Origin: a virus
Lineage: Duplodnaviria > Caudoviricetes
DNA length: 64,000 nt
Reading direction: 5' to 3' (one strand)
Virus record (IMG/VR): IMGVR_UViG_3300010354_000084
Span: 233-64,232 of that record
Positions 50,565 through 60,543 of this stretch are shown here, one piece after another. The notes under the pieces were generated by a model. The model had not been told where the DNA came from. It did not search any database and worked only from the letters and a program-made list of their open reading frames with translations. Each line of letters opens with the position of its first letter. Positions within the stretch are counted from its first letter, which is position 1. A program made the translations under genes and the position numbers.

Positions 50565-51205
50565 AACTTATTACGGAAAATATCGAGAGCGTTAGTGTTC
50601 TTGTAGAAGAAAAGAATGGTAAGAAAAATCTTTACATCGAAGGCGTGTTTCTACAATCAGAAACAAAGAATCGTAATGGAAGAATTTATCCATTTGATAT
50701 TCTAAACCGTGAAGTTCAAAGATATAATGAAGAGTATGTTCTATCTGGTCGTGCCCTCGGAGAACTTGGACACCCAGATGGTCCATCAGTTAATCTAGAT
50801 CGTGTCTCCCATAAAATTATAGAACTTCGTGCCGAAGGTACAAACTTCTACGGTAAGGCAAGAATTCTAGATACTCCAATGGGCAAGATTGCCAAGTCAC
50901 TTCTTGATGAAGGAGTAAAGCTTGGCGTTTCTTCAAGAGGCATGGGTTCTCTAGAAGAAAAAAATGGCGTGAAATATGTTCGTGATGATTTCATGCTAGC
51001 AACTGCTGCTGATATTGTAGCAGATCCTTCCGCTCCTGATGCTTTTGTTCAAGGAATTATGGAAGGAAAAGAATGGGTTTGGGATAACGGTATTCTAAAA
51101 GAATATCGTGTTTCTGAATATAAGCGTTATATTTCAGAAGCCACCCGCAGAAATTTAGAAGAAAGAAAGTTAAAAGCTTTTAACCATTTCCTTTCAAATC
51201 TATAA
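50561..51205 (+). CDS. gp21: Prohead protease gp21
   Basis: MKLITE, NRNGRIYP, ALGELGHP, GVSSRG.GS, DIVADPSAPDAFV. Confidence 0.96.
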   Translation: MKLITENIESVSVLVEEKNGKKNLYIEGVFLQSETKNRNGRIYPFDILNREVQRYNEEYVLSGRALGELGHPDGPSVNLDRVSHKIIELRAEGTNFYGKARILDTPMGKIAKSLLDEGVKLGVSSRGMGSLEEKNGVKYVRDDFMLATAADIVADPSAPDAFVQGIMEGKEWVWDNGILKEYRVSEYKRYISEATRRNLEERKLKAFNHFLSNL

Positions 51206-51260
51206 TTTCATAAATACTTTATAGAATAATCATATATAGGTAATTACGAGGAAAACTCAA

Positions 51261-52427
51261 ATGTCAGATAAGTTAAACGAAAAGTTTGAGGAGCTTGTAA
51301 CTGAATCAGGAATTATTGTTGAAGCGGGCGATCCTATGCCAACCGTTTCTGCTGCTGTAATTCCTGGTGGAGGTTCATCTGCTGCTCCTGGTCAAGTTAG
51401 TGATGCTCAAACTAGAGGTGGCGGACAAGATCCACAACCTAAAGTAACAACACAAGCTGTCGCTCCTTACCATCAATCAATCACTGATCTCGGAGGAACA
51501 TCAACAACTCCTCACGAACATGATGAGGATGGTGAAGAGAATCCTGGTGCTAAAGCCGCTGCTCCAGTTGGTGCTAAAGCTGCTCAAAGTGATGGCACTG
51601 CTCAAACTGCTCACATCCACGATGCTGGCGAAATGGGCAAAACTCCTTCAGTTGGAGTTGAAGTTGCTTACGGAACACACACTGGTCCTAATGTAACTTA
51701 CCCAATTAAGCCATCTTTCGAAGGACTTGATTTGTCGGGAGATGTTGCTGCTCTGACAGAGGGTGAAGATCTATCAGAAGATTTCAAATCAAAAGCAAAA
51801 ACTATTCTAGAAGCTGCTGTAACTTCGAAGTTACAAGAAGAGCACGCTAAACTAGTAGAACATTTTGAGTCACGTCTTGCTGAGCAAGTAGAAGCTGTAA
51901 AGAAAGAACTTGCTGAGGAAGTAACTGGCACAATTAATTACGCTATCAATAATTGGCTAGAAGAAAATCAAGTCAATATTGATCGTGGAGTTCGTAACGA
52001 AATCACAGAAGATTTCATTGCTGGACTCAAGAATCTATTCCAAGAGCATTACATCAGCGTTCCTGATGACAAAGTTGATGTTCTTGAAGGAATGGCTGAC
52101 GAGCTTCGTGAAATGGAGACCCGCCTCAATGAGCAAATTGAGCGTAATGTGGAATTAAATAATCGTCTTGCTGAGTCAACTAAAGTCGTAATCCTAAACC
52201 AAGTTTCGGAAGGACTTGCTGACACACAAAAAGAAAAACTTGCTTCGCTTGCTGAGGGAGTAACATTCGAATCAGTAGAGAAATTCGCTGAGGCTGTTAA
52301 GACTCTTAAAGAGTCATACTTCCCACATTCAGTTGCTAAAGAAGTAAGTGACGAAACACCAGTAGAAAGCGAAGCGGTTACGCCTGCCATGGCAGCGTAT
52401 CTACACGCTATTCAACGCTGGAAGTGA
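51261..52427 (+). CDS. gp22: Prohead scaffold/core protein gp22
   Basis: LSEDFK.KA.TI.EAAV, W.EEN, F..GLK.LF.EH.I.VP, L..TQKEKL.SLAEG; late box CATAAATA at 51209-51216. Confidence 0.92.
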   Translation: MSDKLNEKFEELVTESGIIVEAGDPMPTVSAAVIPGGGSSAAPGQVSDAQTRGGGQDPQPKVTTQAVAPYHQSITDLGGTSTTPHEHDEDGEENPGAKAAAPVGAKAAQSDGTAQTAHIHDAGEMGKTPSVGVEVAYGTHTGPNVTYPIKPSFEGLDLSGDVAALTEGEDLSEDFKSKAKTILEAAVTSKLQEEHAKLVEHFESRLAEQVEAVKKELAEEVTGTINYAINNWLEENQVNIDRGVRNEITEDFIAGLKNLFQEHYISVPDDKVDVLEGMADELREMETRLNEQIERNVELNNRLAESTKVVILNQVSEGLADTQKEKLASLAEGVTFESVEKFAEAVKTLKESYFPHSVAKEVSDETPVESEAVTPAMAAYLHAIQRWK

Positions 52428-52433
52428 TCATTT

Positions 52434-52441
52434 TATAAATA
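52434..52441 (+). promoter_or_regulatory. Late promoter TATAAATA upstream of g23
   Basis: Perfect consensus, intergenic; SD GGAG follows. Confidence 0.8.
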
Positions 52442-52482
52442 TTAACAAACCATAACTTTTCCAATTTTTAACGGAGTAAAAA

Positions 52483-53898
52483 ATGTTAAACGCATCAATG
52501 CTCCAGGAAAAGTGGGCTCCTGTTTTAAATGCTTCGGAAGCTCCCGCTATCCAAGATCGTTACAAGCAGGCTGTTACCGCTGTTCTCCTGGAAAACCAAG
52601 AAAGAGCTCTTCGTGAAGAGCGTGGTATCCTCAATGAGGTTGCTGTAAACTCACTAGGCGCTGGCACCATTGATCCTGCTGGTTCCGCCCTATCATCAGC
52701 TAATACTGCTGGTCTTGCTGGTTTCGATCCTATCCTAATCAGCCTAGTTCGTCGTTCAATGCCTAACCTAATGGCATATGACGTTTGTGGTGTTCAACCA
52801 ATGAGCGGTCCTAACGGACTTATCTTCGCTATGAGATCACGTTACGATGATCAAGCTGGCGAAGAGGCACTATTCAACGAGCCTGATACTGGATTCACTG
52901 CTGGTTGGAACGAAACTGGCGAGACTCCATATGGTGTACGTACTGGCGCTGGTGTCGGTGGCGATTCAGAAGGCAACAATCCTGCTCTACTCAACGACGC
53001 TTCACCTGCTGCTAATGCTTACGAAGTTGCTCGTGGTTTCGAGCGTGAAGATCTAGAGCGTATGGGCGATGCTGATCGTCTATTCCGTGAGATGTCATTC
53101 AGCATCGAGAAGACTTCGGTTACCGCCAAGTCAAGAGCTCTCAAGGCTGAGTACACTCTAGAACTCGCTCAAGACCTCAAGGCTATTCATGGTCTTGACG
53201 CTGAGCAAGAACTCGCCAACATTCTCTCAAGCGAAGTTCTCGCTGAGATCAACCGTGAAGTTGTTCGTACCGTTTACAGAGTTGCTAAGAAAGGCGCTCA
53301 GAACAACGTTGCTAACGCTGGTATCTTCGACCTTGATGTTGATTCAAACGGTCGTTGGTCGGTTGAAAAGTGGAAGGGTCTTCTCTTCCAAATCGAGAGA
53401 GATTGTAACGCTATTGCCCAAGACACTCGTAGAGGCAAGGGTAACTTCCTCATCTGCTCAGCTGACGTTGCTTCAGCTCTAGCGATGGCTGGTGTACTCG
53501 ATTACTCCTCAGGTCTAGGCGGCGCGGGCGGTCCTTCAATCGGTGCTGTAGACGATACTGGTAATCTTGCTGTTGGTACTATCAACGGTCGTATTAAGGT
53601 CTTTGTTGATCCTTATTCTGCTAACGTTTCCAACAAGCACTACTACCTCGTTGGTTATAAGGGAACCTCACCTTATGATGCTGGTTTCTTCTATTGCCCA
53701 TACGTACCTCTCCAGATGCTACGTTCGATCGATCCTAACACCTTCCAGCCTAAGATTGGCTTCAAGACTCGTTACGGTATGGTTTCGAACCCATTCGTTA
53801 CCACTAACGGTGCTTACAATGGTACACCAGACGGCGAGAACCTCACCGCTAATGCCAACATGTACTACAGAAGAGTACAAGTTACCAACCTCATGTGA
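52483..53898 (+). CDS. gp23: Major capsid protein gp23
   Basis: EKWAPVL, LLENQE, GVQPM.GP.GLIFAMR, AKSRALKAEYTLELAQDLKAIHGLDAE.EL, YCPYVPL, FQPKIGFKTRYG. Confidence 0.98.
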   Translation: MLNASMLQEKWAPVLNASEAPAIQDRYKQAVTAVLLENQERALREERGILNEVAVNSLGAGTIDPAGSALSSANTAGLAGFDPILISLVRRSMPNLMAYDVCGVQPMSGPNGLIFAMRSRYDDQAGEEALFNEPDTGFTAGWNETGETPYGVRTGAGVGGDSEGNNPALLNDASPAANAYEVARGFEREDLERMGDADRLFREMSFSIEKTSVTAKSRALKAEYTLELAQDLKAIHGLDAEQELANILSSEVLAEINREVVRTVYRVAKKGAQNNVANAGIFDLDVDSNGRWSVEKWKGLLFQIERDCNAIAQDTRRGKGNFLICSADVASALAMAGVLDYSSGLGGAGGPSIGAVDDTGNLAVGTINGRIKVFVDPYSANVSNKHYYLVGYKGTSPYDAGFFYCPYVPLQMLRSIDPNTFQPKIGFKTRYGMVSNPFVTTNGAYNGTPDGENLTANANMYYRRVQVTNLM

Positions 53899-53916
53899 TC
53901 CATCACTGAGTTTATT

Positions 53917-53942
53917 AGACCTCCTTCGGGGGGTCTTTTTTT
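53917..53942 (+). terminator. Intrinsic terminator AGACCTCC-TTCG-GGGGGTCT-T-tract
   Basis: C(UUCG)G tetraloop hairpin typical of T4-like phages, directly after g23. Confidence 0.9.
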
Positions 53943-53976
53943 ATGCAAATAAATAGTAGTAGCTTGGGAAGTTGAC

Positions 53977-54489
53977 ATGCCTGCTGAATGGTTAAAGACA
54001 CAACCTACTAATAGGAATTTTTTAACTCCTATAGGTTTTAAATTAAATTTAGAATTATTTGATGGAGTAGATTTCTTTTGTCAGTCTATTAATTTACCTG
54101 ACATCAGTATGCCATTTACTAGTGTACCAACTCGTTTTAGAGATTTTCCTATTGTTCCTGGTGGTGGTTTAGAATTTGGAGATTTGAGAATTAATTTTAT
54201 TGTTGATGAGGATCTTCATAATTATATGTCTGTACACAATTGGATTAAAACAAATGCTGGTGCCAACGAAATGACAGTTGGCGATCCAGAATATTCAAAT
54301 GGACAGTTGTTTATTCTTACTTCAAACTTTAATACAAATCGTATCATTGATTTTGAAAAATTATTCCCGATCAGCATAACAGATTTATCTTTTGATGCTA
54401 CCAATAATGATGTAGAATATTTAACCGCCAGTGTTACATTTAAATTTGTAGATTATACTTTTAGAAATAAGAACTTTAAACCTTTATGA
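53977..54489 (+). CDS. gp3: Tail completion / tube terminator protein gp3
   Basis: NRNFL.P.GFK, FFCQ..NLP, F.VDEDL.NY...HNW, F..LFP.S, A.VTFK; late box AATAAATA at 53948-53955. Confidence 0.88.
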   Translation: MPAEWLKTQPTNRNFLTPIGFKLNLELFDGVDFFCQSINLPDISMPFTSVPTRFRDFPIVPGGGLEFGDLRINFIVDEDLHNYMSVHNWIKTNAGANEMTVGDPEYSNGQLFILTSNFNTNRIIDFEKLFPISITDLSFDATNNDVEYLTASVTFKFVDYTFRNKNFKPL

Positions 54490-54962
54490 AATTTGATGAC
54501 TTGAGAACTCTCTTTAATCATGTTAGATCAGAATGGGAAGCAGATTCAAGAGTAGACTTTGAATTTAAAAATAAACAGTACTCAGAAGATTTAGCAAAGT
54601 TATCTTTAGAGATCCCATACCAACACAATAAATACTTAAACCATTACACAGATCTTAGTGGTATCAAACTTAGTCTAGAATTTGAACTCAGAAAATTAGT
54701 AAAAGAAAAAAGAGAATATTACGGTGGTGAAGCAGACGCTAAAGTATACGCCGAAAAACCATTTGGATCTAGTATCAAAACAGCTGACAAGATGAGAGTT
54801 TATCTTGAATCAGATGAAGAGATTATTAATCTAGAGGCAAAAATTAAATATATTGATCAAGCGTTACAATTTCTAGACCATGTTTTGAGGATGATTTCCC
54901 AAAGAAATTATCATATTAAGAATGCTATTGAATGGGAAAAATTCATTAATGGAAGTACATAA
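54486..54962 (+). CDS. uvsY: Recombination mediator UvsY
   Basis: W..DS, IP..H.KY, YY.G.A...VY...PF, R.Y.IKNAIEW.KF..G. Confidence 0.88.
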   Translation: MKFDDLRTLFNHVRSEWEADSRVDFEFKNKQYSEDLAKLSLEIPYQHNKYLNHYTDLSGIKLSLEFELRKLVKEKREYYGGEADAKVYAEKPFGSSIKTADKMRVYLESDEEIINLEAKIKYIDQALQFLDHVLRMISQRNYHIKNAIEWEKFINGST

Positions 54963-56425
54963 TGTCTCAAATTACAATCCGTAAGAAGAACGAAGTTTAC
55001 TTAAAGTTAGAGTCCGAACCTCATGTACATCGTGAGTTGTCGGACTATTTTTCTTTTGAGATGCCAGAAGCAAAATTCTTAAAAAGAAATCCAAGGTATC
55101 GTTATTGGGATGGTGTAATCCATTTATATTCTCCTGGCACTGGAGAACTGTATAGTGGTCTACTCAACCATTTAAAAGAATGGTGTACTGAAAGAAATTA
55201 TTCTTTGTCATATGAAACTGACAAATGGTATGGCGATGTAGAAGAAACTAATGGAATGGTTTCTCCTGCAGGCGTTAAAATATACATGGATAAAATTTGT
55301 AAATATCCTCCGAGAGACTATCAATATGCTACTGTTTATAAAGCATTAAAAAATAATCGAGGACTATTTCTTTCTCCTACTGGATCTGGAAAATCTTTGA
55401 TGATTTATAGCATCGTAAGATATTACGTTGCAACTGGTAAAAAAATTCTACTGGTAGTTCCTACTACATCTCTCGTAGAGCAAATGATTAAAGATTTTAA
55501 AGATTATGGATGGAATTCTGAGGAACACTGTCATACAATATATTCGGGCAAAGATAAGAATACAGACAAGTCTGTTATCATTTCGACCTGGCAATCAATC
55601 TACAAATTCCCGAAAAGATACTTTGATGATATTGACTGTGTTATCGGTGATGAAGCACACTTATTTAAATCTAAATCGTTAACAGGTATTATGACAAAGC
55701 TTCATAATGCTAAGTATCGTTTTGGATTTACTGGAACACTTGACGGTAGTAAGACACACAAGTGGGTACTGGAAGGATTGTTTGGTGCCTGTGAAAAAGT
55801 AACTAAGACAGATGATCTAATTAAGAAAGGTCACTTGTCTAATTTTCGTATCAAGATTCTTGTCTGTAAGCATGAGTATCAGTACTTTGAAGATTACCAC
55901 TCGGAAATCGAGTATCTGGTAAATAATCGGAAACGTAATAATTTGATTAAAAATCTTGTAAAAGATTTAGAAGGTAACACTCTAGTATTGTTCAACTATG
56001 TCGAGAAGCATGGGGAACCACTTTATGAATTAATAAATAATAGCATCGGAGAAGATAGAAAAGTTTTCTTCGTACATGGTTCTATTGATGTTGAAAATAG
56101 AGAAGAAGTAAGGATAATTACTGAGCAAGAAAATGATGCTGTAATTATTGCTTCCTACGGAACATTCAGTACTGGTATTAATATTAAAAGATTACATAAT
56201 ATCGTATTTGCTTCTCCTTCTAAATCTAGAATCAGAAATCTACAATCAATAGGAAGGGTTCTCCGTAAAGGAGAAGGAAAAGATATAGCAACTCTCTACG
56301 ATATTGCCGACGATATATCAAATAAGTACAAACAAAATTATACTTTAAATCATTTAGCAGAGAGAATTAAAATATATCAAGAAGAAAATTTTAAATACGA
56401 AACTATAACAATAAATTTAAAATAA
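54962..56425 (+). CDS. uvsW: DNA helicase UvsW
   Basis: PRDYQ, SPTGSGKS, DEAH, G.TGT, ASYGTFSTGINI, QSIGRVLR SF2 motifs. Confidence 0.95.
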   Translation: MSQITIRKKNEVYLKLESEPHVHRELSDYFSFEMPEAKFLKRNPRYRYWDGVIHLYSPGTGELYSGLLNHLKEWCTERNYSLSYETDKWYGDVEETNGMVSPAGVKIYMDKICKYPPRDYQYATVYKALKNNRGLFLSPTGSGKSLMIYSIVRYYVATGKKILLVVPTTSLVEQMIKDFKDYGWNSEEHCHTIYSGKDKNTDKSVIISTWQSIYKFPKRYFDDIDCVIGDEAHLFKSKSLTGIMTKLHNAKYRFGFTGTLDGSKTHKWVLEGLFGACEKVTKTDDLIKKGHLSNFRIKILVCKHEYQYFEDYHSEIEYLVNNRKRNNLIKNLVKDLEGNTLVLFNYVEKHGEPLYELINNSIGEDRKVFFVHGSIDVENREEVRIITEQENDAVIIASYGTFSTGINIKRLHNIVFASPSKSRIRNLQSIGRVLRKGEGKDIATLYDIADDISNKYKQNYTLNHLAERIKIYQEENFKYETITINLK

Positions 56426-56820
56426 TGGAAGAAGAATTTTATTCAACTATAAAATTAGTTTCTGGTGAAGAACTTATTTCTAAAGTATGTTATCTTCCAG
56501 AAGAGGATAGCGTTTTATTAGATCATCCATTAATGGTAGAAAGAATATCTCAGAAAAAATCTGGTAATTCTGACGGATTTACCCTAACTGAATGGATACA
56601 TGCAACATATGAAACTATGTTTGTCATTCCTAGATCATCAATCATTACTATGACTGAACTAGATAAAAGAATCGAAGGATATTATGTAAGAATGATCAAT
56701 CAAGAAGAAGAAGATCTAGATATTAATATTAAACCCCATAACCTTACTGGAAGGATGGGGTACTTAGGATCAGTAAATAATACTAAAAAGTATCTAGAAG
56801 ATATATTTAAAAGAAGCTAA
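56425..56820 (+). CDS. Conserved hypothetical protein (Sm-like fold candidate)
   Basis: EFY.TIKL.SGEE...V; usual position between uvsW and g55; TAATG overlap. Confidence 0.75.
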   Translation: MEEEFYSTIKLVSGEELISKVCYLPEEDSVLLDHPLMVERISQKKSGNSDGFTLTEWIHATYETMFVIPRSSIITMTELDKRIEGYYVRMINQEEEDLDINIKPHNLTGRMGYLGSVNNTKKYLEDIFKRS

Positions 56821-56852
56821 TAGCTATTAATCTTCTGAACCCTGACAGAGTT

Positions 56853-56881
56853 ATTGTACTAAGTTTCTGAGGTCTTGTCAA
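56853..56881 (-). promoter_or_regulatory. Antisense sigma70-like promoter TTGACA-17-TACAAT
   Basis: Reverse complement: -35 at 56881-56876, -10 at 56858-56853, 17-bp spacer. Confidence 0.6.
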
Positions 56882-56894
56882 GCTCTGTTAGGGG

Positions 56895-56923
56895 TTGACA
56901 ACAAAAATATTTTAGGGTATACT
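56895..56923 (+). promoter_or_regulatory. Sigma70-like promoter of g55, TTGACA-17-TATACT
   Basis: -35 at 56895-56900, -10 at 56918-56923. Confidence 0.8.
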
Positions 56924-56953
56924 GTGAAGACAAAGAATATGTGATCATGTGGT

Positions 56954-57445
56954 ATGAGCAAAAAAAATACAGAATATTATGTAAATAATAAAGATTTTCT
57001 TCTAGCAATTTCTGTTTACAAAAAACAAGTAAACGAAGCGAAGAAAAATGGTGCTGCTCGTCCCAGGATCCCTCGGTATATTGGTGATTGCTTTTTAAAG
57101 ATTGCTACTCACTTATCATACAAACCTAATTTTGTTAACTATACTTTTAGAGATGATATGATCTCAGATGGTGTAGAGAACTGTGTTCAGTACATTGATA
57201 ATTTTGACCCAGAGAAATCACAAAATCCCTTTGCTTATTTCACTCAAATTATTTACTATGCTTTTCTAAGACGTATTCAAAAAGAAAAGAAACAATTAGA
57301 AATTAAAAATAAAATACTGGAGAAGTCTGGATACGATCATGTGATGTATACAGAAAGTTACGATGGAGACATGGCAGGAATGAATTCAAGTTATTCTGAT
57401 ATGTCTGGTATTAAAGAAAATCTTGAGATGAGGAACAAGCGATGA
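56954..57445 (+). CDS. gp55: Late-transcription sigma factor gp55
   Basis: YVNNK.F, YIG.CFLKIA.HLSYKPNFVNY.FR.DMI.DG.ENC..YI.NFDPEKS.NPFAYFTQI. Confidence 0.95.
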   Translation: MSKKNTEYYVNNKDFLLAISVYKKQVNEAKKNGAARPRIPRYIGDCFLKIATHLSYKPNFVNYTFRDDMISDGVENCVQYIDNFDPEKSQNPFAYFTQIIYYAFLRRIQKEKKQLEIKNKILEKSGYDHVMYTESYDGDMAGMNSSYSDMSGIKENLEMRNKR

Positions 57446-58488
57446 CGATTGCTCTTATTACAGATCAACATTTAGATGGAAGAAAGGGTAGTCTAGTTTT
57501 CTGGGAATACTTTAAAAAGTTTTACGATGAAATCTTTTTCCCCACCCTTGAAAAAAACAATATCAAAACTGTTATCGATCTTGGAGACACATTTGATAAT
57601 AGAAAGAGTATTGATTTTAATGTTTGGAATCGTATTCGTAACTATTATTTTGATCGTCTCAGGGATTCTGGCATTTTTGTTCATATGATTCTTGGCAATC
57701 ATTGCACTTACTATAAAAATACCAACGAGATTAATTCTCCAGAATTACTTCTAAAAGAATATGATAATATTGAAATCTATTCTGAACCAGAGACAGTAAT
57801 GATTGATGGTTCCAAGATTCTAATGCTGCCTTGGATTAACTCTTCCAACTATGAAGAGACTATGAGGCACATTGAAGATACCAGTGCTGAGATTGCTATG
57901 GGTCACCTTGAACTATCTGGTTTTGAAGTAACTCCTGGCAACAAACAGGAGCATGGCATGGATCCTTCCATCTTCAAAAAGTTTAAACAAGTATTCTCTG
58001 GTCACTACCATCACAAATCATCCAGAGGTAACATCACCTATCTGGGCAATCCCTACCAGTTGTTTTGGAATGATTATAAAGACGAGCGAGGATTTCATCT
58101 GTATGAACCAACAACAAATAAACTCCAGCGGGTCAAGAACCCTTTTGAGATTTTCCAAAAAGTATACTATAATGATACTACTGGTTCTCATCTCAGCATC
58201 AATCCCAGTGAGTGTACAAATTCTTTTGTCAAGATTATTGTAGAAGATAAAAAAGATTATCAAGCATTCGAGGATTATGTTGAGAAATTGTATCAATCAA
58301 ATGTTATTGATATCAAAATTGTCGAGACATTAGTTGAAGATAATAGTATTGAAAATTCTGATCTTGAAATTAAAGACACTCTTACGCTTCTTAACGAATA
58401 CATTGACGAAGTAGAAATTTCCGTAGACAAGAATAAATTAAAACAGTTGATGAAAACGCTATATATTGAAAGTTGTGAAGTAGCGTAA
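57442..58488 (+). CDS. gp47: Recombination endonuclease subunit gp47 (Mre11/SbcD-like)
   Basis: TDQH, LGDTFD, GNH, GHLE, SGHYH, YLGNPY phosphoesterase motifs. Confidence 0.94.
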   Translation: MTIALITDQHLDGRKGSLVFWEYFKKFYDEIFFPTLEKNNIKTVIDLGDTFDNRKSIDFNVWNRIRNYYFDRLRDSGIFVHMILGNHCTYYKNTNEINSPELLLKEYDNIEIYSEPETVMIDGSKILMLPWINSSNYEETMRHIEDTSAEIAMGHLELSGFEVTPGNKQEHGMDPSIFKKFKQVFSGHYHHKSSRGNITYLGNPYQLFWNDYKDERGFHLYEPTTNKLQRVKNPFEIFQKVYYNDTTGSHLSINPSECTNSFVKIIVEDKKDYQAFEDYVEKLYQSNVIDIKIVETLVEDNSIENSDLEIKDTLTLLNEYIDEVEISVDKNKLKQLMKTLYIESCEVA

Positions 58489-58492
58489 CCAT

Positions 58493-58759
58493 ATGTTCAT
58501 CATCACATTACGAAGCAAAGAAGATGGTGTATACTCAGTTCTTTCTGAAAGTGGAGATCATATTATTCCTTTGTTTGAAGATGAAGATGATGCTGACAGA
58601 TATCTGGATCTTTTAGAAATTGAAGATCCTAGTTATCCTCCAATGAAAGTCACACCTATTGACGAGGATGTTATAATAAAAGCATGTACTGATCGTTCTC
58701 AAAAATATTCTATTATAACTTCTGACGATTTTATCATTCCTCCTAAATCAAGAACATGA
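58493..58759 (+). CDS. Small conserved protein (DUF3110-like)
   Basis: DGVYSV...FEDEDDA.RY...LE; usual position between g47 and g46. Confidence 0.65.
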   Translation: MFIITLRSKEDGVYSVLSESGDHIIPLFEDEDDADRYLDLLEIEDPSYPPMKVTPIDEDVIIKACTDRSQKYSIITSDDFIIPPKSRT

Positions 58760-60486
58760 TTATTTTTAAAACTATACGATGGAAGAACTTCCTTTCTACG
58801 GGAAATGTTTTTACTGAAATTGATTTATCATCTAATAAAACTAATTTGATTGTTGGTGCTAATGGCGCTGGAAAAAGTACAATTTTAGATGCCCTTACAT
58901 TTTCTTTATTTGGCAAACCTTTTCGTAAGATTAATAAACCAATGCTGGTTAACAGCATTAACGAAAAAGATTGTTTGACTGAGATTGAATTCTCTATTGG
59001 AAAAAATGAATTTAAAATTCGTAGAGGTATTAAACCAAACATCTTTGAAATTTATCAGAATGGTGTTATGCTGGATCAAGCATCATCTGTAATTGATTCT
59101 CAAAATCAATTAGAACAAAATATTCTCAAGATGAATTATAGATCTTTTACACAAATTGTTGTGTTAGGATCTTCTACTTTTGTTCCTTTTATGCGTTTGC
59201 CTGTAGCACAACGTAGAGAAATCATCGAAGACATTCTTGATATCCAAGTGTTCTCTGTGATGAATCAAGGATTAAAAGAAAAGGTTAGAGTAATCAATGA
59301 TGAATTGAAAGATCATGTTTATCGTTACGATCTTCTTAAAGAAAAGATAAACATGCAGAAGCAGTTTATGCTTGATATCGAAAAGAAAAATAATGAAGAC
59401 ATTCAAGAAAAAGAGAGCAAGAAAGAATCTCTACTACAAGAAGCTCTAAACTATGAGACACAAATCATCGATAACGACAAGGAAATCGACACTAAGACCA
59501 CTGCCGTTTCAGACACGTCGAAAGTTAAAGCAACGATTGCTAAGGTCGATTCGTTACGAAACAAAATATCGTCCAAACAAAAGTCACATCATAAAGAAAA
59601 AATATTCTTTGAGCAGAATGACACATGCCCGACCTGTGGGCAGAGTATTGAAGAGCATTTTAAACAAGAGAAGATCCAAGTTCTCTCGGATAAACTTGTT
59701 GAGGTGGAAAAAGCTATGTCTGATTTGGGACAACAACTTTCCAATCTCCAAAGTCAAGAAGATACCTTTATTCTTTTGATTGATGAAATAAACGAACTCA
59801 ATCTAAAGAATCGACAACTCAATAATGAAATTAAATCACTTCATAAACGAATTGAAGAAATAGATGAAGAGATTAAAAAACTTAAAGACAATAATGTAAA
59901 TCAAAAAGAACAATTTGTTATATTAAAAAATTTAGATACAGAAAGCAAAGTAGTTCAAAAAACTATTTCTGATACTAAAGAAGAAAAGGATTGTCTTTCT
60001 GCTGCCGCTCTTCTTTTAAAAGATAATGGAATTAAAACCAGAATCATTAAAAAGTATTTGCCAGTAATGAACAAGTTGTTGAATCAACATCTTCAAAGTA
60101 TGGACTTCTATGTTAACTTTACATTGAATGAAAACTTTGAAGAAACAATCAAGTCACGTTACAGGGATGTGTTTTCTTATGAATCTTTTTCTGAAGGAGA
60201 AAAAGCTAGAATTGATATTTCTCTTTTGCTTACTTGGAGAGCTATTGCTAAACTTAAGAATAGTGTGGATACTAACCTCCTCATCTTAGATGAAATCTTT
60301 GATGGATCTCTAGATCAAAATGGCACTGGTGAACTTGGATGGATTTTGAGAAACTTTGATAAGAATACAAATGTTTTTGTCATATCACACAAAGAGCAAA
60401 TGAGTGACAAATTTAATAGAACTATAACTTTTGAAAAAATTAAAAATTATAGTGTCCCTACTGTGACACTTTCGGAACTGTCCTAA
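58756..60486 (+). CDS. gp46: Recombination endonuclease ATPase subunit gp46 (Rad50/SbcC-like)
   Basis: KNFLSTGN, GANGAGKST, zinc hook CPTCGQ, signature FSEGEK, LILDE.FDGSLD, VISH. Confidence 0.95.
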   Translation: MIIFKTIRWKNFLSTGNVFTEIDLSSNKTNLIVGANGAGKSTILDALTFSLFGKPFRKINKPMLVNSINEKDCLTEIEFSIGKNEFKIRRGIKPNIFEIYQNGVMLDQASSVIDSQNQLEQNILKMNYRSFTQIVVLGSSTFVPFMRLPVAQRREIIEDILDIQVFSVMNQGLKEKVRVINDELKDHVYRYDLLKEKINMQKQFMLDIEKKNNEDIQEKESKKESLLQEALNYETQIIDNDKEIDTKTTAVSDTSKVKATIAKVDSLRNKISSKQKSHHKEKIFFEQNDTCPTCGQSIEEHFKQEKIQVLSDKLVEVEKAMSDLGQQLSNLQSQEDTFILLIDEINELNLKNRQLNNEIKSLHKRIEEIDEEIKKLKDNNVNQKEQFVILKNLDTESKVVQKTISDTKEEKDCLSAAALLLKDNGIKTRIIKKYLPVMNKLLNQHLQSMDFYVNFTLNENFEETIKSRYRDVFSYESFSEGEKARIDISLLLTWRAIAKLKNSVDTNLLILDEIFDGSLDQNGTGELGWILRNFDKNTNVFVISHKEQMSDKFNRTITFEKIKNYSVPTVTLSELS

Positions 60487-60523
60487 GGGGGTGAGCGATC
60501 ACCCCTTTTTCTTGTACAATACT
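60467..60523 (+). promoter_or_regulatory. Putative phage early/middle promoter, CACTTTnnnAACTGTCC-N31-TACAATACT
   Basis: The same box and spacing recur at 63299-63355. Confidence 0.55.
60485..60510 (+). terminator. Hairpin GGGGTGA-GCGA-TCACCCC plus T-tract after g46
   Basis: Perfect 7-bp stem, GNRA loop, TTTTT. Confidence 0.75.
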
Positions 60524-60543
60524 TTCAGTTCAGAAGACCCGCC

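Noticed and set aside
52483-53898. Higher GC and distinct codon usage of g23 as a sign of horizontal transfer
   Set aside because: Consistent with translational selection on the most highly expressed gene; sequence and position are canonical.
44011-60486. Introns, inteins or homing endonucleases in g17, g20, g23, uvsW or g46
   Set aside because: All ORFs are continuous and of normal length. The 76-aa CxxC gene after g17 lacks a recognisable HNH catalytic motif.
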